Of a stretch of DNA of 64,000 bases, positions 56,826 through 64,000 are shown piece after piece. Source of the stretch: Candidatus Versatilivorator sp. (GTDB taxonomy: Bacteria > Acidobacteriota > Terriglobia > Versatilivoradales > Versatilivoraceae); contig OZ242296.1 of the NCBI GenBank assembly GCA_965207735.1, positions 2,208,001-2,272,000 of the forward strand, in the 5' to 3' direction. Both the position numbers and the translations under genes were made by a program. Positions within the stretch are counted from its first letter, which is position 1; each line of letters begins with the position of its first letter. A model generated the notes under the pieces. That model was not told the origin of the DNA. It did no database searches and saw nothing but the letters and a program-made list of their open reading frames with translations.

Positions 56826-58040
56826 TCAGACCGGCAATTCGTTGATGCTGACCATGGCCAGCACGGTTGAGATGACGATGCCACCGATAACCAGGCCCAT
56901 GACCAGGATCATGACCGGCTCGAACAGGGCGATGAAGCTCTTGACCGCCGCCCGTACGTCCTTGTCGTAGACCTCGGCCAACCGCAGCAGCATGGCGTCC
57001 AGCCTCCCTGTCTCTTCGCCCACCTCGATGAGATGGATGGCCAGGGGCGGAAAGACTTCGGCCCGCCTCATGGGACCCGCCACCCCTTCTCCCCGCTTGA
57101 CCCCCTCGGCCACCGTGCGGATTGCCTGGCCGATGACCCGATTGCCGCTGATCTCCCTCACGATGCCCAGGGCCTGCACCAGGGGAACGGCGTTGTGCAC
57201 CAGGGTCCCCAGGGTGCGGGCGATGCGGGCCATCTCCACCTTCTTCAGGATCTCGCCGATGCCCACGGTTCTCAGCTTGAGCCCGTCCCACCACAAGCGT
57301 CCCCACGGGCTGGCCAGCAAGCGGGAGAAGCCCATCCCCAGTCCGGCCAGGACCAGCAGGAAGACCCACCAGTAGCCCCGGGTGAACCCGCTCACCGCCA
57401 GCAGGATCTGGGTGGGCAGGGGCAGGGACTGCCCGGCCTCCTGGAAGATCTCGGCAAAGCGCGGAATGACGTAGTTCAGCAGCACCACGATGGAGGCAGC
57501 CCCCACCACGGTCAGCAGTGCCGGGTAGATTAGGGAGGAGATCAGGTAGCTCCTCAACTCGTCGGCCGACTGCTGGAACTCCACCAGCCGCTCCAGCACC
57601 AACGGGAGGGCGCCGCCGGCTTCTCCGGCCCGAACCATGTTGACGTAGAGCTTGGAGAAGACCCGCGGGTGGGCGGCCAGGCTGTCGGCCAGTGTCCTGC
57701 CCCTCTTGAGGTCCTGCAGGATCTCGTCGGCCAGGGCCTGCAGCTTCTTCTTGCTGGAGAGTTCCTTGCAGATGGCCAGGCTGCGGTCCAGAGGCAGACC
57801 GGAGCTGACCAGGGTGGAAAGCTCCTGGGTGAAGAACATCAGGTCGCGGGAACCGATGCCGCCCGGCCTCCAGGCGATCTCCATGTCCCAGATGCGCCGG
57901 CTGCGCCGCGTCCCCAGGTGGAGGGGGACCAACCCCATGTCCTGCAGCTTGACGGCGGCGGCCCGGTCGGTGGATTCCTCCACCACCCCGTTGACGATCC
58001 CGCCGTCCTTGCCGACTGCTCTATAGAAAAAGGTGGGCAT
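56826..58040 (-). CDS. gspF: Type II secretion inner-membrane platform protein
   Basis: FTQELSTLVSSGLPL, YVNMVRAGEAGG, IEVGEETGRLDAML, EPVMI. Confidence 0.93.
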   Translation of the reverse strand: MPTFFYRAVGKDGGIVNGVVEESTDRAAAVKLQDMGLVPLHLGTRRSRRIWDMEIAWRPGGIGSRDLMFFTQELSTLVSSGLPLDRSLAICKELSSKKKLQALADEILQDLKRGRTLADSLAAHPRVFSKLYVNMVRAGEAGGALPLVLERLVEFQQSADELRSYLISSLIYPALLTVVGAASIVVLLNYVIPRFAEIFQEAGQSLPLPTQILLAVSGFTRGYWWVFLLVLAGLGMGFSRLLASPWGRLWWDGLKLRTVGIGEILKKVEMARIARTLGTLVHNAVPLVQALGIVREISGNRVIGQAIRTVAEGVKRGEGVAGPMRRAEVFPPLAIHLIEVGEETGRLDAMLLRLAEVYDKDVRAAVKSFIALFEPVMILVMGLVIGGIVISTVLAMVSINELPV

Positions 58041-58094
58041 GACGCCACTACTCCACCGCATGTGCGGCTAGGTGAGCAAAGAATTCAAACGACA

Positions 58095-58430
58095 TGAATG
58101 AACATGGATGCACAGGATGCACAGGATTTTTTGTCATCGACCGCCTTGTCCCAGAAGCGGACATCGAGCGTGTCGTATCGCAAGAGTGAGCTTCCCGTGC
58201 AGTAGCGTCCCGTCCTGGTTATCCTGTTCATCCTGTTAATCCATGTTCTTATGTTTTTGATTAACATGGATGCACAGGATGCACAGGATTTTTTCTGGAA
58301 ACGGCTAGCCTGTTTACCTGAGCATCCGCAATCCCGCACCGGTTCATCGCCCGAGTGAGCTTCTCATGCAGCAGCCTCTCATCCTGGACATCCTGTTAAT
58401 CCTGTATATCCTGTGCATCGATGTTAAATA
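58095..58430. repeat. Repeat family E: two inverted-repeat cassettes (AACATGGATGCACAGGATGCACAGGAT ... ATCCTGTTCATCCTGTTAATCCATGTT)
   Basis: 9-bp periodic ACAGGAT units near 58103 and 58265 with reverse complements near 58221 and 58381; a partial unit also at 1-15. Confidence 0.8.
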
Positions 58431-58482
58431 AATAGCCCGTCTCGATTGACCTGCCCCGTCGCGGGCGTGGCCACGCCCGCCG

Positions 58483-60177
58483 TTACACTTCCTGCGTTAC
58501 CCTTACCAGCTCTTCCAAAGTGGTGAGGCCGGTCATGACCTTTTCGAAGCCGTCCTCGCGCAACGTCCTCATGCCCCGCTGCCGGGCGTATTTGGCGATG
58601 ATGTTGGAGGCCTCGTTGGCCACGATCATGCGGCGGATCTCCTCGTCGGGCTGCATCAGTTCGAAGATCCCCTTGCGGTTCTCGTACCCTGTAAAGCCGC
58701 AGGCCTCGCACCCCTCGCCCCGGTAGAGTGTGACTTCGCTGCCGCCGTTGAGCGGGAACCCCAGGGAGTGCAGGCGGGCCGCATCCCCGGAGTAGCCCGA
58801 CTTGCAGCGCCGGCAGATGACCCGCACCAGGCGTTGGGCCAGCACGCCCACCAGGCAGGAGGACAGCAGGTAGTTCTCCACCCCCATGTCCACCAGCCGG
58901 GTGATGGCGCTGGGGGCGTCGTTGGTGTGGAGGGTGCTGAAAACCAGGTGGCCGGTGAGTGCCGCCCGGATGGCGATCTCGGCCGTCTCCAGGTCGCGGA
59001 TCTCCCCCACCATGATCACGTCGGGGTCCTGGCGCACGATGTGGCGCAGGCCGGCGGCGAAGGTCAGTCCGATCTGGGTGTTGACATGGATCTGGTTGAT
59101 TCCGTCCATCTGGTACTCCACCGGATCTTCGATGGTGATGATCTTCTTGTCGGCGTGGTTGATCCGCTTCATGGCGCTGTAGAGAGTGGTCGACTTGCCG
59201 CTGCCGGTGGGTCCGGTCACCAGCAGGATACCGTGAGGCAGGGCCGTCAGCGTCTCCATGGTGCCCAGGATGTCGTCGGGGAAGCCCAGGCGCTTCAGCT
59301 CGAAGCCGCCGGCGTCGCTCTTGTCCAGGATGCGCATCACCAGGCTCTCTCCGTAGAGGGTGGGCAGGGTGGAGACCCGCAGGTCGATCTCCTTGCCCAG
59401 CACCTTGAGCTGGATGCGGCCGTCCTGGGGCAGCCTCCGCTCGGCGATGTTCAGCTTGGCCATGAGCTTGAGGCGGGAGATGACGGCGGCCTTCAGTCGG
59501 GGCGAGGGAGAATCCATGGTGTGCAGGATGCCGTCGATCCGGTAGCGCACCCGGAAGTCCTTCTCGAAGGGTTCCAGGTGAATGTCGCTGGCCCGGCGCT
59601 CCACCGCCCGGGAGATCATCTGGTTGACCAGGCGGATCACCGGGACCTCGGAGGCCATGTCCCGCAGCTGCTCGATGTTCTCGGCAATGCTCTCGGACTC
59701 GTCCAGCCCTTCGCCCGATTCCTGGACCGTCTTGTCCCACTGGTCCGATCCCCCGTAGAGCCGTTCCAGGGCCTCGTCGATATCGGCATCCCGCCCCAGG
59801 AACACCCGGACCTCCAGCCCGGTGAACATGCGCAGGGAGTCCAGGGTGTCCTCATCGGAGGGGTCGGCCATGGCCACCGCCAGCACCCCGTCCTGCCGGT
59901 CCAGGGGCAGGATCCTGAACTGGCGCAGGAACTTGGGTGAGAGCTTGTCGACCATCAGGGGCACAGCCGGAAAGTCCTGGGCCGGGACGAGCTCGGCCTG
60001 GTGCTGGGCCGAGAGGGCGCCCAGCAGGTCCTGCTCGGAGAGGTATCCCAGGTCCAGCAGGATGCGGCCGATCTTGTCGCGACGCTCCCGCTGCAGGGCC
60101 AGCCCGTTCTGCAGCTCCGGGGGAGAGACCAGGTTCCGGTCCAGCAGGATCCGTCCAATGAGTTTGCGAGTCGCCAT
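58483..60177 (-). CDS. gspE: Type II secretion ATPase
   Basis: ASDIHLEP, ERRLPQDGR, Walker A GPTGSGKST, TIEDPVEY, RQDPDVIMVGEIRD, CxxC zinc motifs. Confidence 0.96.
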   Translation of the reverse strand: MATRKLIGRILLDRNLVSPPELQNGLALQRERRDKIGRILLDLGYLSEQDLLGALSAQHQAELVPAQDFPAVPLMVDKLSPKFLRQFRILPLDRQDGVLAVAMADPSDEDTLDSLRMFTGLEVRVFLGRDADIDEALERLYGGSDQWDKTVQESGEGLDESESIAENIEQLRDMASEVPVIRLVNQMISRAVERRASDIHLEPFEKDFRVRYRIDGILHTMDSPSPRLKAAVISRLKLMAKLNIAERRLPQDGRIQLKVLGKEIDLRVSTLPTLYGESLVMRILDKSDAGGFELKRLGFPDDILGTMETLTALPHGILLVTGPTGSGKSTTLYSAMKRINHADKKIITIEDPVEYQMDGINQIHVNTQIGLTFAAGLRHIVRQDPDVIMVGEIRDLETAEIAIRAALTGHLVFSTLHTNDAPSAITRLVDMGVENYLLSSCLVGVLAQRLVRVICRRCKSGYSGDAARLHSLGFPLNGGSEVTLYRGEGCEACGFTGYENRKGIFELMQPDEEIRRMIVANEASNIIAKYARQRGMRTLREDGFEKVMTGLTTLEELVRVTQEV

Positions 60178-60198
60178 TCTATCTTGCCTGGAACCGGC

Positions 60199-60810
60199 TC
60201 AGAACTGGCTGATCCGCACCTGGCGGACCAGCTCTTCCATGGTGATCTTCCCCTCCCGGTAGTCGCCGACCGAAGCCGCCCCGGTCTTGAAGATCAACTG
60301 GGAGGGAAGGGGCCGCCGGGGGTCGCCCACGCCGTTGTAGAGGTGGACGATCACGGCAAGGGAGTGGTTGGTATTCAACTGTCCCAACAGGGAGCCGTGT
60401 TCGGCCACGGTCTGGCGGAGGCCTTGCTTGAGACGCTCCAACCGCTCCAGGGCCTGCTGGTGGGCCTTGTCCAGCTCCTCCCGGCTGTAGGGTTTGCGGC
60501 TGAAGGGTGTAATGGGTCGGATGTGGTAGAGGGTGGCCTCGGTGGAAAAGACGGCCCCGTAGTCCTCCAGGTAGGCACCCCTGGGAGCGCTGAGCATGAT
60601 GCTGCCATAGCTTCGCCGCAGGGTGTTTTCGATGACCGCCTGAAACTGCTCGATCTGGGCTCGAAGTTGAGCAGGGTCGACCGGCACGGGGGCCGGGGAG
60701 CCCTGGGTTTCGGAATCCGGCGGTGTTACAGCCGGATCGACCGGAGCCGCCGGCCCGGAAAGCGCCCAGCCGGCCGCCACAACCAGGATTGAAAGAAGTG
60801 TCTTGCTCAT
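60199..60810 (-). CDS. Exported hypothetical protein
   Basis: Signal peptide; RGAYLEDYGAVF motif; in operon between anti-sigma and gspE. Confidence 0.7.
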   Translation of the reverse strand: MSKTLLSILVVAAGWALSGPAAPVDPAVTPPDSETQGSPAPVPVDPAQLRAQIEQFQAVIENTLRRSYGSIMLSAPRGAYLEDYGAVFSTEATLYHIRPITPFSRKPYSREELDKAHQQALERLERLKQGLRQTVAEHGSLLGQLNTNHSLAVIVHLYNGVGDPRRPLPSQLIFKTGAASVGDYREGKITMEELVRQVRISQF

Positions 60811-60837
60811 AAGCTGCTCCTCGAATTGCCTCCGAAT

Positions 60838-61536
60838 CTATTGGGCGACCGCATCCGCCGGACGGGGCAGGTAGCGATCGGCCACCGAGCCGATCAGCAC
60901 CTCGTTTCGGGCCGTCTCCTGGCGCGTGGCTTCCTGAAGCCTCAGCAGATAGCTCAGATCCGCGTTGACCTGCCGGAGGTCGACCGACCGCTGCTCCGTC
61001 CATTGGGACTCGACCCGGGCCACGGCCTTTCGGAGCCGCGCCTCCCAGGTCTCCTCCAGTTGACCGACCTGCCGGTCCAGCAGGCGGCGGAGCCGGGCCT
61101 CGACCAGGGCGCCGGAATCGCCGGCGGGCGCCGCATGCTGGAGGGCAGGCGGCGGGAGCTCGGGTCCGAAGGAGAGACGGAAGCTTCCCTGGCCGATCTC
61201 GACGCGGGCGTTCAGAAAGGAGAGGGTCCCCAGGCAGACCACCAGGCAGGCGGCCGCCGCCAGGCCCAGCCAGGCCAGGCGGGGCGGCTGGCGCCAGCCG
61301 AACCCGAAGCCGCCTGCAACGGCAGCCCTTCCCGGATGTCCGAAGGTCAAGGGCGCGGGGATGGGTTCCTCGGGCCAGGCGGACTTGAGCACCGAGGCCG
61401 TTTGTTCCAGCATCTCCAACTCCTTGCGGCAATCGGCGCAGTCGGCCAGATGCTTCCGGAGCTCCCCGGCCAACCGGGGATCGAGTTCTTCCCCGATCGC
61501 CTCGGGGAACAGTTCCCGGCAACGCTCACAAGTCAT
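60838..61536 (-). CDS. Zinc-finger (zf-HC2) transmembrane anti-sigma factor
   Basis: MTC...HLADCADC HxxxCxxC motif, single TM; ATGA overlap with the sigma stop. Confidence 0.88.
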   Translation of the reverse strand: MTCERCRELFPEAIGEELDPRLAGELRKHLADCADCRKELEMLEQTASVLKSAWPEEPIPAPLTFGHPGRAAVAGGFGFGWRQPPRLAWLGLAAAACLVVCLGTLSFLNARVEIGQGSFRLSFGPELPPPALQHAAPAGDSGALVEARLRRLLDRQVGQLEETWEARLRKAVARVESQWTEQRSVDLRQVNADLSYLLRLQEATRQETARNEVLIGSVADRYLPRPADAVAQ

Positions 61537-62120
61537 GATTTCCTCCCTGGATCTTCGTTCAGGATAGTCTTGAGCCGGCTCAGCCCCAGGTACATCCGGG
61601 ACTTGGCGGTGCTCAGCGGACACCCTGCAATACCTGCAATCTCATCGAAGCGGAGTCCTTCGAATACTTTGAGGACCACCGCCTCCCGCTGCTCGAAGGA
61701 GAGCCGGTCCAGCGCCCCCTCCATCAACAGGCGAAGCTCGGCCGGCTCCAGTTCCTGCAGATCTCCCAGGCGCGCCGGCGACCGCTTCGGCTGAAGCGCG
61801 TCCAGGCCCTGCGGTCCCGGTCCTTCGCCGTCCTCGGCCCGGCGCTGCCTGGTGCGGAAGTGGGCCAGGCAGTAGTTGCGGGCGATGGTGAACAGCCACC
61901 CGGCGAACCGGGCAGGATCCTGGAGCCGGTCCAGTTGCTGAAAGGCCTTGAGAAAGGTGTCCTGGCAAACGTCCAGCGCATCCTCGCGGTTCCCTGTCAA
62001 GCGGAAGGCGTAGTTGAAGAGCCGCTTCTCCCATCGGCTCACCAGGAGATTGAAGGCGCCGGTGTCACCGCGAGCCGCTCTGGCTACCAGATCCTTATCG
62101 GTCAGTCGTACCAGCTCCAA
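61533..62120 (-). CDS. ECF-family RNA polymerase sigma factor
   Basis: DALDVCQDTFLKA, FAGWLFTIARN, L..EQREAVVL....GL.FDEIA...GCPLSTAKSR. Confidence 0.95.
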   Translation of the reverse strand: MELVRLTDKDLVARAARGDTGAFNLLVSRWEKRLFNYAFRLTGNREDALDVCQDTFLKAFQQLDRLQDPARFAGWLFTIARNYCLAHFRTRQRRAEDGEGPGPQGLDALQPKRSPARLGDLQELEPAELRLLMEGALDRLSFEQREAVVLKVFEGLRFDEIAGIAGCPLSTAKSRMYLGLSRLKTILNEDPGRKS

Positions 62121-62218
62121 GTGAGCTCCTCACAGTGACGAGATGAACGGCACCGGCAAAAAGTCTAACTTGCCCGCATAAATGCTGGTCCAGGAAGAAA
62201 TAGAGTGATCCACCGAGG

Positions 62219-63152
62219 AGTGAGAAAGGCCATTGGGTTGCCCTGCGCTTCACGTGGGCCTGCCGGTGTTTGCTGCCGCCGCATTCGCGGCTCCACTCCC
62301 GTACGTTACGTTTCCGATGCACGTTTCCCATGGGCTGACGCCCACGGCTACCTGCTGGCGCCGCATTCGCGGCTCTCAGGGAAGCCGTCTCAAGATGCGT
62401 ATTGCAGGTGAGGAAGGCCATTGCGTTGCCCTGCGCTTCACGTGGGCTCGCCGGTGTTTGCTGCCGCCGCATTCGCGGCTCTCAGGGAAGCCGTCTCAAG
62501 ATGCGTATTGCAGGTGAGAAACGCTATTGCGTTGCCCTGGGCTTCACGTGGGCTCACCGGTGTTTGCTGCCGCCGCATTCGCGGCTCCACTCCCGTACGT
62601 TACGTTTCCGATGCACGTTTCCCATGGGCTGACGCCCACGGCTACCTGCTGGCGCCGCATTCGCGGCTCTCAGGGAGGCCGTCTCAAGATGCGTATTGCA
62701 GGTGAGAAACGCCATTGCGTTGCCCTGCGCTTCACGTGGGCTCACCGGTGTTTGCTGCCGCCGCATTCGCGGCTCCACTCCCGTTCGGTACGTTTCCGAT
62801 GCACGTTTCCCATGGGCTGACGCCCACGGCTACCTGCTGGCGCCGCATTCGCGGCTCTCAGGGAAGCCGTCTCAAGATGCGTATTGCAGGTGAGAAACGC
62901 CATTGCGTTGCCCTGCGCTTCACGTGGGCTCACCGGTGTTTGCTGCCGCCGCATTCGCGGCTCCACTCCCGTTCGTTACGTTTCCGATGCACGTTTCCCA
63001 TGGGCTGACGCCCACGGCTACCTGCTGGCGCCGCATTCGCGGCTCTCAGGGAGGCCGTCTCAAGATACGTATTGCAGGTGAGAAACGCCATTGCGTTGCC
63101 CTGCGCTTCACGTGGGCTCACCGGCATTTGCTGCCGCCGCATTCGCGGCTCG
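62219..63152. repeat. Tandem array of 188-bp units carrying a family A REP variant
   Basis: Near-identical units with 188-bp period plus one 106-bp partial; CCCATGGGCTGACGCCCACGGCTAC four times. Confidence 0.92.
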
Positions 63153-63349
63153 ACTGGTGCTTCGGGGGCGGGAGCCCGGGGCGTCTGAATTCTGCTCCAA
63201 CGTAGCCGCGAATCAAGAGCCGCGTCCCAAGACCCCTTGTTTCTCCGGAGAATGCCGCCCACGCCCCAGCGATTGTCACTATTTATTCTGGAGACACCTG
63301 CCGTTGAAGCAGACCCGTCTCGCTTCGGGCCCCTTCGTGAATAACTCTT

Positions 63350-63937
63350 TTAGTCCCCTTCGCTTCCCTTCGTGGACCCCTCCGGGGGGCGCCGGCGGCC
63401 GGCGTAGAGAGCCAACACCGCCGCCGTCAGAACCAGGAAGCGCACCGGAATCAGCAGCCCTCGAACCACCAGCCTCGCCACCCAAGCCAGGGGCGCCGCC
63501 AGCAGCCGTCCCACCGGTCCGGGGTTCCAGCGGCGCCGGCGGACACGGTCCGCCAGCAGCCTGACCAGCAGGGAAGCATCGAGTAGGCGGCACTCCATAC
63601 GCTCGTCGAAAATCAGGATGCGCCTGCCCCCGCAGACCAGGGCGAAGAGCTTGGGACGCAGGCGGGCCTCCTCACCGCACCAGAGGACCGCCACCGCCCG
63701 GTAGCGCTGTCCGCGGATCCGGCGCCACAGCCTGTAGCCCTTGCCGAGTTCGCGCCGGTGGGGAAAGACCCAGATCCGGCCGGCGGGCGGTTCCTGCTGC
63801 AGGTAGGAGAGATCGGAAGGGCTGCACAGCAGGTGAAACTCGGGCTGGTGGAAGAGAGTTCGGAGACGAAGGATCTCCCGGGCCTTCTGGATATTGGCGG
63901 CGGTGGAGGAGCAGACCAGCAGGACCTTGTCAGGCAT
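63350..63937 (-). CDS. Hypothetical membrane-associated protein in a glycosylation locus
   Basis: 195-aa ORF with a C-terminal hydrophobic segment, overlapping the stop of an upstream glycosyltransferase. Confidence 0.6.
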   Translation of the reverse strand: MPDKVLLVCSSTAANIQKAREILRLRTLFHQPEFHLLCSPSDLSYLQQEPPAGRIWVFPHRRELGKGYRLWRRIRGQRYRAVAVLWCGEEARLRPKLFALVCGGRRILIFDERMECRLLDASLLVRLLADRVRRRRWNPGPVGRLLAAPLAWVARLVVRGLLIPVRFLVLTAAVLALYAGRRRPPEGSTKGSEGD

Positions 63938-64000
63938 GACCGGCCTCGACCACGTCCAGGAACTCCCTGCCGATGACGCTCCAGTCGTAGCGCTTGCGGA
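63930..64000 (-). CDS. C-terminus of a probable GT4 glycosyltransferase (partial, runs off window)
   Basis: Manual translation RKRYDWSVIGREFLDVVEAGHA*; the terminal YDW helix is typical of GT-B/GT4. Confidence 0.55.
   Translation of the reverse strand, partial: RKRYDWSVIGREFLDVVEAGHA

Noticed and set aside
62219-63152. Possible CRISPR array or repeat-protein gene
   Set aside because: Whole 188-bp units are duplicated with no unique spacers; the period is not a multiple of 3 and the ORFs are short repeat translations.

Overview
GC-rich bacterial window, most consistent with an Acidobacteriota genome (inference from gene content and order). Housekeeping and envelope genes: FAD oxidoreductase, Fic protein, thiE-accC-accB, a pilM-N-O/P-Q operon, acyl-CoA dehydrogenase, DHH phosphoesterase and an NHL-repeat protein. 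It also holds a eukaryote-like mannosylation cluster (DPM1/Ppm1-GtrA, a PIG-B/ALG9-like GT22 and two TMTC-like GT-C/TPR genes). Two paralogous S-layer-like secreted proteins sit beside a near-complete type II secretion operon headed by an ECF sigma/anti-sigma pair; the operon has a duplicated gspI and an IS1634 insertion with a 6-bp TSD whose empty site is also present. Intergenic space is dominated by at least five short-repeat families. Four of them are physically linked to a small nuclease or transposase gene: GTAG-REPs with an IS200-like Y1 remnant, ACTCCCCCTCAAGGGGGGAGT hairpins bracketing a DUF559 endonuclease, GGAGCGCGGGCGTCTCGCCCGC REPs whose mini-elements are internal deletions of the adjacent RAYT gene, and CCACGAAGGGGCACGAAG arrays next to a truncated GxxExxY nuclease. 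No rRNA, tRNA or CRISPR array was recognised. All family assignments come from motif recognition by eye, not database searches; repeat boundaries and counts are approximate.
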